64,000 nucleotides of DNA from Octopus sinensis. Its lineage: Eukaryota. Position 1 is the first letter of the stretch; every line of letters begins with the position of its first letter. The DNA lies in contig NC_043001.1 in the NCBI RefSeq assembly GCF_006345805.1, forward strand, positions 54,560,001 to 54,624,000, read 5' to 3'. Shown in pieces: positions 28,693 through 40,285 of this stretch. The notes under the pieces are model-generated. The model saw only the letters and a list, made by a program, of their open reading frames with translations, did no database searches and had not been told where the DNA came from. The translations under genes were made by a program, and so were the position numbers.

Positions 28693-28873
28693 ATTTCGTC
28701 TGCCGTTACGTTGTGAGTTCAAATTCCGCTGAGGTCGACTTTGCCTTTCATCCTTTCGGGGTCGATAAATTAAGTACCAATAACGCACTGGGGTCGATAT
28801 AATCGATTTAATCCCTTTGTCTGTCCTTGTTTGTCTCCTCTATGTTTAGCCCCTTGTGGGTAATAAAGAAATA
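28693..28873 (+). mobile_element. SINE family A (tail 2), 5'-truncated
   Basis: B box, central domain and tail 2. Confidence 0.85.
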
Positions 28874-29100
28874 TATCTATCTACCTATCAATCAACCATT
28901 TCCTCTTCCCAACAAGTAATTTAGCAATAATATTTAAGTGAGGATTCTAAATTGCCTTCTATATAGAAAATAAGTCAGAAAGTGACTGGCATATGTAAGT
29001 AGAAACAGCACCATTAAATAATAAGAGGTGAACATCCGGTAAGCCGGGTCTGCTTCACAGTTTCGTGTGCATTTTCGCATCCCATTACATTTCATGTTAA

Positions 29101-29193
29101 AATTTCACCAGTAATCCTATGGCCTCTAGAATATTTCACCAGAAATTCTATGGTCTCTAGAAAACTTCACCAGGAATCCTATGGTCTCTAGAA
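29101..29193. repeat. 3 x ~31-bp minisatellite
   Basis: TTCACCAG.AAT.CTATGG.CTCTAGAA repeated three times. Confidence 0.85.
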
Positions 29194-29470
29194 AGCCATA
29201 GCGCAATATTTTTGGGGACACATGAGAAACAGAACATTTAAAACCCACGCAAATTTCTTGGTTACATAAACGTATCACTGATTTGGCAGACGTACCACTG
29301 ATTTGTCATATTCCTCATTTTTTGTGTTACTTTCAAAACTATAAATATTGAACACTACATTAGTGTATCATTGTGTTCTGCCTCACGGTTAAATTCAAAA
29401 TGGAAAGCAATCATAAAGAAATATAAGCTGACGAGTCCGTCAATCACGTCATCATGATACCTTCACCTTC

Positions 29471-29704
29471 TTATTTCTTTACTGCCCACAAGAGGTTACA
29501 CACAGAGGGGACAAACAAGGACAAACAAACGGATTAAGTCGATTACATCGACCCCAGTGTGTAACTGGTACTTATTTAATCGACCCCAAAAGGGTGAAAG
29601 GCGAAGTCGACCTCGGCGGAATTTGAACTCAGAACGTGGCAGCAGACAAAATACTACTAAGCATTTCGCCCGGCGTGCTAACGTTTCTGCCAGCTCACCG
29701 CCTT
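29471..29704 (-). mobile_element. SINE family A (tail 2)
   Basis: Full-length match to the family consensus. Confidence 0.9.
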
Positions 29705-29733
29705 CACCTTCTGTTAGTCTAATGTATGTATTG

Positions 29734-29776
<43 letters not shown>

Positions 29777-29779
29777 GTT

Positions 29780-30073
29780 AAAGACGCCCTTCGTTCATGA
29801 ATGACCATGGGATTGCACTTAGAAAGTTACCGTCCGTGGCACAAGTTTGTTTATGGAAGACCAGCAGTCGCCCTTGCATCCCAGCCTCCCCTCTCCACGC
29901 TGTAAAGGCAAAGGCCGATACAGCTTGGCACCTGTGACGTCGCAACTCATTTCTACAGCTGAGTGAACTAGAGCAACGTGAAATAGTGTCTTGCTCAAGA
30001 ATACAACACACAACCTGGCCGGGAATCGAACTCAGAACCTCATGATTGTGAGCTCGATGCTCTAATCACTGAG
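29780..30073 (-). mobile_element. tRNA-SINE family C
   Basis: Minus-strand head CTCAGTGATTAGAGCA...GAGTTCGATTCCCGGCC has A/B boxes. Related copies lie at about 45500-45823 and 26215-26395. Confidence 0.8.
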
Positions 30074-31744
30074 TCAGAGAGAGAGAGATACATACAGACG
30101 TACATACATTCATACATAAACACGCACATATACTTCATACATATATTCGTGTGTATGTATGTGCGCGTATTTAGGTGCAAACGTGGCTGTGTGGTAAGAA
30201 GTTTCCTTCTCAAACACATGGTTCCAGGTTCAGTCCCACTGCATGGCACCTTGGACAAGCGTCTTTTACCATGGCAACCACCTAAATATTGTAATAATAC
30301 TGTTTATTATTATCAACTCTTAAGCTAGGTGAAAATCTTGCGCGCCTAAATCTGTCACAAATCGCACTCGAGTATAAAATGCCTATCATAAGAATATTTT
30401 GTTTTGCGTTTCTTACAATATTTGAGTAAATGAAATACACTTTAGTAGCAGCTTTTATAGCTTTGTATCTTTACAGAAGTCTATTGACTAATGCACAATT
30501 TTATCTATATAGAAGTGGTTGTTTTTTAAGTTCATATAAGTATTCGGTCTTTGTACAATACACTAGCGATTAATAAGAAAAATTATGCAGAGGTTCTCTC
30601 GTCATAAACGTTACAACCTCGTATACCCCAACCATCGACCAAACTGTAGATCATATGTGCCCAATGCAAAGAAACCAATATGAGTAAGCGGAAAACAGTG
30701 AAGACACAGGCTAGGATTATTCTTTTCGAACGTACAGTTTAGTAACTTTCTATCGCTAATAACACTGTGTAACACGATTTTTATCCTTAGGTAACAACTG
30801 TTATTTCCCATTTGCTTACCCCTAAGAAAGTATGAAAAATGGCTATTTCCTTCAAACCTTGGTTTTGTTACATTTATTCAAACCCCAAAGAATCCCTTTC
30901 AACACATGGCTATGATGTTCCCCCTCTACTCCTGCCCATGATCAGAGATACACATATTGTCAGCCACTAAGGGGCATGCTCAAGAATTAAGGTCAAGAAA
31001 CTGACAAGCAAATGTGTGGTATTGAGCAAAATATTTTCTATAACAATATTTCTGCTTCAGCAACTCAGCTCTGAATCTGTCTGAAATGTAACAGAAATAG
31101 GTCAGTCTCAAAACATTGATGTCCAGGTCACAAAAACAAAGTTTAAAGCGGAGGGTAGTTATTTCTTTTAATTTCTAGATAGAAACAAATAGGCAATAAC
31201 ACTTACTGACCAAAGAGAAAATCAATAATTTTGATACACATTGTAATCAATAGATGAGTGTCCATTTATCGGAGAGTTGTTCACTACATGAGTGAATATG
31301 ATTTCTGTTTTTGTTCATGTCACAGTGTAACCCTTATCGAAATGAAACCGTCGCAGCTGCACCTTGATAACGAAAGTTATTAAATATCATAGGCAGCGCT
31401 AAGAATACTAAATAAATACTGTTATCAGCATAACATAAACAAGTAAATCAAATAAGTTACTGGATACAACATTAAACAGTGTTTTCCCACAGCAATCCAT
31501 CAAATGGCAACTGTTATTTTTTCCTCACTTTTTACTTGTTATTCTAATTACTGAAGTGTAAATATTTCATAAGATAATAAACTTTTGTGTGTAACCAGTG
31601 GCTAAAAAATACATTAACAGCAGCACCAGCAATTAAATTGTCTTGTCAACATGCGATGAAATTCTCAAAATATATTGGCTGCAACCAACGAATAAGTAAG
31701 TATAAGTAAGGCAAAAAACTGGATTTAAGAATCCTTAAATCCTT

Positions 31745-33770
31745 AAAAATGTTTTAGCCCAAAGGCCGCGACCATGCTGGGGCACCACCGCTGAATGAGT
31801 TATACTAATATGTGAATCCACCTCTGATACGTGGCACTTGATCAACAAGGGAGTTCGATGCTGCTGCCCGCATCTGCGTCTCGTGTCGTGAGGTAGGTTC
31901 ATCTGGGACTCCCGACAAGAAGAGATCCAGTTTAGTTTTAAAGAAACCCACATCCACACCATGCAAGTCTCTCAGGCATTTAGGGAGGATGTTAAAGAGC
32001 TGTGGTCCTCTGAAACCCAAGCTGTTGCAGTATCTGGTCCTGTATTTTGATGGTGATGTTGGAATCTTTGGCACCATGCAGTGGCGCCCTGTTCTGCGGT
32101 TGGGGTAACTTTGAATGCCAAAGTTTGGGACAAGACCCTCTAGGATTTTCCAGATGTATATCACCGCATATCTCACCCGCCTTCGCTCTAGGGAGAAGAG
32201 GTTTAATACTTTCAGTCTTTCCCAGTAGCTGATATTTTGCATTGAGACGATCTTCTTTGTGTAGCTTCTCTGAATTGCTTCGAGTTCTGCTGTTAGTTTT
32301 ATATTGAGTGGTGACCATAGTTGGGAGCAGTAGTCCAAGCGGACGAATGTTTTCCAGAGGACCATCAGTGTCTACTTCTCTCTTGTTCTGAAAGTTCGGA
32401 GAATCCATCCAGCTAGCCGTCTGCATTTTATCACCAGATTAGTAATATGCACTTGGAAAGATGCATCATTGCTCATGTCAATGCCTAGGTCACGCACTGA
32501 TTTTGACTCAGGGATTGCAATTCTTCCTGGGCCAGAGTATCCAGTCTGCACGTCGTTTACCTTTGTGTGCTGGTAGCGCAGGGCCTGGAACTTACCTGCA
32601 TTAAACTGCATGTTGTTGTCCTCCGCCCACCTGTATATTTTATCCAACTCCTGTTGCAGATGCGCAATATTTTCAGGGTTTTGTATTGTGTGGGAGACTT
32701 TTGTGTCATCTGCATAGCTAGCAAGGGTGGCCATCGTAGCAACTGAAGGCATGTCTGAAAGGGCCACTATGAACAGCAGTGGCCCCAAGACATTGCCCTG
32801 TGGAACACCGCTTGTTATTTGTGTTTCCTTGGAGGTGGCTCCATTGCTCACAACTGCCTGTCTTCTGTCTTTTAGGAAGTCGTGCAGCCACTCTCCAAGT
32901 TTTCCGCCTATGCCGAGACCACGCAGTTTGTGACAGATCATACCATGGTCGACTTTATCAAAGGCTTTTGCAAAATCGAGATATATTACATCCACATTTG
33001 AGCCATTTAGTAGCTGTTTTAACACCCAGTCATAGTGTTGCAGGAGCTGTGTTAGGCAGCTTTTACCTGGTCGAAATCCATGCTGGGTGTCAGACAGCAA
33101 GTCATTTTCTTCAAGGAACATGATTAGTTTCTTGCGGACTATTCGTTCCATGACTTTGCTGATGTGTGAGGTCAGAGAGATAGGCCTATAATTTTTAGCA
33201 TCTGCTCTGCTACCTCCCTTATGGATAGGGCATATTACCCCCTCTTTCAATTTGACTGGGAGCTTACCACTTGCAAGAAAGCTCTGAAAAAGAAGCTATA
33301 GCGGTTTTGCAAGGGCTCGTTTGCACGATTTGAGAAGGATCACTGGAAATCCATCAGGTCCAGCAGCTGAGTTTGTGTCAATCTCATCTATGGCTAGTGT
33401 GATATCATCTTCAATGTTGATGTACTCAATTTTTGCCTCTTTCGCCGCAGGTAAAGTGGCAAAGAATTCTTCTGGGTTGTTTAGTTGCCTGTGTCCCAGA
33501 GGTGTAGTGAACACACTTTGGAATTGTTCGTTCAGTATTTCACTTATCCTCGTGGGATTTCCTGTGAGAGAGCCATCTTTTTGGAAGAGAGGTCCTATTC
33601 TCTTGTGCACTGTGGCTGTCTCTTTGGCAAACTTAAAGAAAGCTTTAGGGTTTGATTTTATATTTTCCATTACCCAAACTCCTTTATCTGCTCTCTCCTT
33701 TTCATGGGATTGATGCAGACTTTTCTTAATTTCCATTAGCATTCTCTCAAGCCGAGACTTCTCACCACTT
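31745..33770 (-). mobile_element. 5'-truncated CR1/L2-type LINE (RT)
   Basis: AAGPDGFP, NYRPISLTS, YLDFAKAFDKVDH, SGVPQGNVLGPLLF and YADDTK lie in one frame broken only by two in-frame TAG stops. The 3' tail has TTTAAGGA repeats. Confidence 0.93.
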
Positions 33771-34019
33771 TTTTTTATTTTAAAAACAAACTATTTTTTA
33801 AACTTAAATGATAGAGCTCAATTCGAAGAAAAACGTTATGAGTGTTTGTTTCTCAAATTTGAGTATACTTTTTTATGAATATAGTTCTATAAGGGGACTT
33901 TTAATATATGTCACTGGCGTCATTGAGGTAAGGAAAAAATTATCAACGACACTGTTAATTGACACATAATTAATTAGCATAATAGCATAGTCTAGAAAAA
34001 CATGGATTACATTGATATA

Positions 34020-34840
34020 TGCGAGCAAGAGAAATAATATTCTTAAAATTATAAACCTGAAAAATTACAGGACAAGTTATAACACTTGGAAAAGTTCAAT
34101 ACAACTTATTACATCTGGTAAAGTACAGAACAAGAAAATTCTTACTTGAAATATTGCAGCTAAGGATAAAATATGAATACTAAAAATTACTTGATTTTAA
34201 TTTACAAAGCAACATTATAATTAAAAAATATATACCATCATTTTGTTAAAATATTGATACACTAGAATACTTAAAAAATGAGAGCCAGAAGTACCAATAT
34301 AGCTAAAGTTTTATGCGAAGTAGAATAGTATATATGGTAGGCAAATTCATTATGTAAAAAATAGGCATTGGGTCAAGACTACAAATGTGAAGACTTGGCA
34401 ATAACTTAGGCAATAACTCAAGCAAATTTTACAGTGAATTTGTTGTTATAGGTAGATTTTACTGTAATATATAACTAATTTTTGTATTCTATTTATTGTA
34501 CTAACTAATTATGTACTACTGTCATTTTTATAACCTATTTTCAAATTTCTAATTATCAATTAATAATTTTAAAATTATTTTTTTTGAAAGTGGGAAAAAT
34601 ATTTTGAGTTATTTTTAATTTTTAATAGAAGTAACAAGTAATAAAATTTTTAGCTTAAATAAAAGCTAATATTATCTAAATCTAAATATTTTATTTGAAA
34701 TTTTATCCTTAGCTGCAATATTTTAAGTAAAAAGTTCTTGTTCAGATGTAATAAGTTGTCCTAAACTTTGCAATAACTTGTACTATAATTTTTCAGGTTT
34801 ATAATCTTAATATTATTTCTCTTGTTTGCATTTTTCCATG
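34020..34840. repeat. Diverged AT-rich foldback element
   Basis: 34020-34175 is an imperfect inverted copy of 34695-34835 (shared CAAGAGAAATAATATT, TATAAACCTGAAAAATTA, CAACTTATTACATCTG, AATATTGCAGCTAAGGATAAAAT). Confidence 0.8.
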
Positions 34841-36149
34841 AAATATATATAATCACTGGATATTTCAGTCCTTGCAGCAGACACCTTCATCCAAATGAAC
34901 TAGTTTGGGAAGTTAATTAAGGAGTGAAATCTTTTTTTTTCTTTTTACCATGCATAATATTACGTTCAGGCTGGACTGTGGATTGTACCTCAACATATTT
35001 CTTTTGGTATGGCAAAAAAGTTTGGGAGGTAGTGAGTGGGTTACAAGTATATGGGTGAGCATTTTTTTTGATACTTGTCCTTAGCCCTGTGATAAATTGC
35101 TTCATCAGAGTGGAGAGTTACAGATATTAGCTTAATATTTGCTGGAACGCCTCTGATGATATCGTTTGTTTGATCAGAGTTGGAAATAAATAATATCACA
35201 GAAATGTTTCATTACATATTTTTATTATTGAGTTGCAATCCATCCAGATTCGATCCTGATTTTCATAATTACAGAATGTGATGAAATAAGGAAGGACTAT
35301 TAGAAACGAGTCAATTACTGAAACCAAATTGCTGATAGCTTTCTGACTTCTTGCCAATATGGGAAATCCTAATCTTCATTAAAATACATGAAAGCAATAT
35401 TCCTATTTTTCAACACTGAGATTGAAGTAATGTTTGTTTTTGTTATTACTGTTATTATTTAGTCCCAGTTAATCCTAATCAAGCCAAGCAATGATCAAAA
35501 GTATTTTGATTGTTCCTATCAGTTTAGGAATATGTTGGATAATATTATGTAATGTGCCTTTTCCATATTTTAGACAGCATGGTCTGATTTGAAGAATATT
35601 TGCTTGCTATTCTAGTATATAAAGTGATCACATGTAGACTCCTTCGTTAATTTGTGATCTTATTATGTTATTGCAGTGTAATCAAGGAAACTTATGATAA
35701 AATATATTCCAGTTGTGACCATATTGTCTTTCAGATGTGTTTAGGACTATATTACATTATATGCCTTCTTAAGATGTTAACATCGAGCTTATTTTGCTGG
35801 TTCATAGATATATTTGTTTTTCTGTTGGCTGAAACAGAAAAAAAAATTTTTTTTTTTTAAATACACATGTGATAACTGTAATTCTATTTTGACTGCAAAG
35901 AAAATTCTAGACAAACAGCTTTTCTGAAATCTTTTCGGCAGTCCAAAGGGAATCAGACCGTGGTGAATTTGGCACTATCTACAATGATATTGACTTAGTT
36001 CAGCTTGTGTTAATTTACTATAAACAATTTCTGGATTTTATCTCTGAATAGTCGAATATTTATAAACTGAAAAAGTAGGAGATTTTTAATGGCATAGTGG
36101 AAGAGGAAAAGAGATACTCATAATTAATTATTTTTTCACAGAACCTCTG

Positions 36150-36440
36150 AGACTGGTGGTGGAAAGTAAGTTATCCGAAGACTTGGTCCAATGCATGCAA
36201 CAGAGTGATTTCCATTATAAGTGTTTAAGTGTTAAACCAGTCAACTGATCAAGGTCACAACCTATTAGCATTTCATCTGTCTGTATGTCCGGATTTCAAA
36301 TTTTGCCAAGGTTGACTTTACCGTTCATCCATTTGAGATCAATAAAATAAGCACCAGTTGAACACTGGTGTCAATGTAATCAACTATCCCCTCCCCCAAA
36401 ATACTGCTGCCCTTGTGGCAAAATTTGAAACCATTATTAT
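36150..36440 (+). mobile_element. SINE family A, diverged
   Basis: Central domain and tail 1 are recognisable; the head is degenerate. Confidence 0.65.
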
Positions 36441-36479
36441 TATTATTTTATCAGCACTTAAAAGATTGAAGTTTTATTC

Positions 36480-37020
36480 CAACCAATGCCGGCAACAGAG
36501 TATACTCAGATTCAAGTGGGATGATTGACAATAAACCATTCAAATAGGTCAGGTCATTTAAATATCATGGCAATACAGTAAAATTTAAGAGTACTCTTGA
36601 AGACAAAATCAATGTTAAAATATCTAAGGCTATAAGTGCTTTTGGAAAACTTTCCCATCATTAGTAAGTTTGGAAATTAAAACAAGTCTTATTAATTCTC
36701 TTATTCTGAGTACAATTTTGTACGAGACAGAAGCATGGTCCCCCTACTACAAACATAGAAAGAAACTTGAAACCTTTCACACATGCTGTCTGCACAATAT
36801 CCGCAGCAAAAAAGTGTCAAGATGAGATATCAAATATCAAAATAGAAAAATCTGATACCTCCAGTATCGAAAGCATACTGTTGAGAATTCAATAGAGATG
36901 GGCAAGACATGTAGTTCGAACACAAGATGATAGAGTTCTGAAAATTCTTTTGTATGGCCAACAAGTAAAGGAAAACTCATCCTCAATATAAGGATAAGGT
37001 TGAAACAACCACTGAAATCT
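36480..37020 (+). mobile_element. RTE/BovB-like LINE 3' remnant
   Basis: FKYHGN, KISKAISAFGKL, LYETEAW...KKLETFH, RWARHVVR..DDRVLKILLYG. Confidence 0.75.
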
Positions 37021-37069
37021 CTACAGCTTAATTCAACAGCTCGCCATCTTAATAATATTAATAAGCCTT

Positions 37070-37498
37070 TCTTCTATAGGCACAAGGCCTGAAATTTTGT
37101 GGGAGGAGGCCAGTCAATTACATTGACCCCAGTGTTCCACTGGTTATTAATTTATCAACCCTGAGAGAATGAAAAGCAAAGTCGACCTCAGTGGAATTTG
37201 AACTCGGAATGTAAAGACTGACGAAATGACACTAAGCATTATATCCGACATACTAATGATTCTGCTAGCTCGCCATCTTAATAATAATAATAATAATCCT
37301 TTCTACAAAAAGCATAAGCCCTGAAATATTGAGGGAGGGGACCAGTTGATTACATTGGCCCCAATGTTTCACTGGTATTTAATTTATCAATCCCCAAAGG
37401 ATGAAAAGCAAGTTGGCCTCAGTGGAATTTGAACTCAGAATGTAATGATGACTGAAATGCCACAAAGCATTTAACAATTCTGCCAGCTCACTGCCTTA
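37070..37498 (-). mobile_element. Two adjacent SINE family A copies separated by (AAT)n
   Basis: Copies at about 37070-37279 and 37298-37498. Confidence 0.85.
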
Positions 37499-40285
37499 AA
37501 AGTACGGAAATACAATTTTATTGTCTTTAGAGATCAATTTTGTTGTCTTGATTTAGAGATAGGAATTAGATAAAATCTGCAATTGTTTTAGAGATGCTTA
37601 AAGATACATTACCTGTTTCAAATAAGTTGAAGTATAAACTATTACTTGGGTTTCTCTGAGAGAAGAGCAAATAGATGTCTTGCATTTTCAGAGGAAAATA
37701 AAAGGAATGAGTGGAGAAATGGATACCCAAGGATGACAGGCTTGAAAAGCAATTAGCTAATTAGGAGGCAATATGCATTGTTTTGAATCAAAAAAGAATA
37801 TTTTATCAAATAAGATTACATCCATAGCGAGGTGGTAAAAATCATTGTTATTTTTGGTCAATAAAGACAGGAGGGGACAACTCCGGAACTTAAATTATGA
37901 TTAATAAAAAACTGAATGTGGTGGTGAGTGATTCTGACCATGTGTAGGATAGTGATAACTTTGGTTATGTTTCGGTTTAATTACATTTCATCAGAGAAGC
38001 CTAAATAAGTGTTACGGCAGGTCATACATAGAGGACAATATTTTATGGTTTTCCTTCTTATAGGACTTCTTGGATGAGTGTTGAGTTATTGAAATGGTAA
38101 TACAACATGGGAGAAAAAGCCCAAATCAATTTTTCAACATTTTGACATGCATGAAATAATAATCATACATAAATGTTAGAATCAATCAACAAATTTAATC
38201 TTCAATATTTTGCTATAATGTTAGTAGAGGAGAATTGGCAGAGTTGTTAACGCAGTGGACAAAATGCTTGGCAGTATTTATTCCAATTCCTTACATTCTG
38301 AGTTAAAATCCTACTGATATCAACTATACCTTTCAACGTTCCAGGGGTGTTGGACTGGAAAAATCATTAAAGTGTCAGAATATCATGTGATGTTTCTTCT
38401 ACATTTTTGCATTCTGAGTTCAAATCCTACAATAGCCTACTTGGGTAGTATACTTAATCCATAGCTCTATTTAACATTATGATATGGCTAGGGTCATCTT
38501 AGAAGTACCATGGACCCCAGAATAATTCAATACATAGGGGCCTATAGTATGTACTTATTAACAGCAAACCACAGCATACATAAAAGTTGGAGTTGGTTTC
38601 CAAGACCCAAGAGACCCAGGGTAAATGCCACCGGTGCCCATACATTAAGACTGAACTGCTCATATCCTTTGTGTGTCTTTAGCAGAGTTCGCTCGGTTGC
38701 CAGCACTCAAGTCACCTTTCTGGTTTGAAGCTACCATCTTCCTACAATCTTGAACACTCTGTAAAGGTCAGGGATATTACCCTTCCCTCCTTGCCAAATG
38801 CTAAAAAAATAAAATGAAATTTCTCATTAAAGTTAACAAAACTGTGGAACTAGTAAAACTAAGGAAGTCTGCTATCTTCATTTAATTTAACTACCAATTA
38901 CATCAACCTGACTGATGTCTCCTGGTGTATCTAGGGCATAAAACTGGAAATTACATTGTAGTTTCTTGACCAACTTTTTGGACAGTATGAACCAATGAGG
39001 GAATCTGTATGTGTTTGCTTGATCTACTATAAGTAGCAGCCAAATTTCCCTAATCTCACCCAACTATCTTTGAATAGATTTTAAAAAAAACAAAGAATAA
39101 ATCAGATGCTATACTGCTATATATACTAAGAATACACCACAATATGGACATGGTTGCACATATTTTATTAAAGATTTTGGATTAGAGCTGACCATTAGGT
39201 AAACAACAGTAGCAGTAGCAGCAACAATGTTCAACCCAAAAGAATGTGAAGTTCTCAGTGAACAGATTCAATGAACAGATTCTCATTCTTGAAGTTTCTC
39301 CTCCTAAGTTACTTACAAATATGATGAACATTACAACTTGCACTTTATTTCCCCCAGTCAAGCCACAAACAGAGTCTCTCTTGTACCCTTACAACCTACT
39401 AGAAATAGCAGTCAATTCTCCATCAAATCACATCCTACTGCTTTATTAAAGAGAGGGTATTTTGAATAGCATAGTCCAGATAACACAGTACCTTAAAATA
39501 AAGAACAGGATAGCTGCATTTGAAATGCCTTTGACCAAACATACTTAATGGAGGTGGGGGGGGGGCAATTTAGAACTAAATAACACCTAAGTTTTTCAAG
39601 AACAAATACCAAGATCTGTCATCATCATCCCGAATTATACATTTAGCCTATTGTAAACTTATACAGTTACTCTATGTGTGTGTGTGTGTGTGTGTGTGTA
39701 TGCGTATGCATAGTGATAAAATGAAACTAGTCATCACACCGAATCAAGTATAACTTAGACTTCCACTAATTCTTAAAGTTCTCTATTTAGTCGCTAGTCA
39801 ACGCATAGACATCCCTCCTCAGTATCACCCAACATTGACTTAATGGAATAACTATCATGTCACAGCTGGATGGAGAGAGGATGACATTAATTTTAAGGCA
39901 ATGCTTTCTTAATCAATCCCAAATGGATGAAAGATTAAGTTGGCCTCTTCAGTATTTTAAATCAGAAGAAAGAATCACAATAACTATTGCAACATATTTC
40001 ATCAAAGACCCTAACCCTAACTCACACCATTGACTAGCCTGTGGGTTTTGGTACTATCATATAGCTAAAAGTGAGTACCAACCTAGTATAAGTGCAGCTC
40101 TCCCTCCCTCCCTCTTGCTGTCACAGTCCTACTGGATTAAGGATAGGCATACCAAAAGGTTTTCTATGTCTGCTCACAACTACATAGACACCTTAACAAC
40201 TAGCAAAAGTATAACAAAGCAATCCAGTCATACTCACTTGCAAGTGACAGCTAAGCTTTTATAAATAAATAATCCTTAGCCCCCT

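Noticed and set aside
30015-30073. tRNA-like sequence
   Set aside because: SINE head with A/B boxes that continues into the SINE body; no full cloverleaf.
35150-35265. TGATGA...CTGA, possible C/D-box snoRNA
   Set aside because: No terminal stem, no evident host intron, no recognisable guide.
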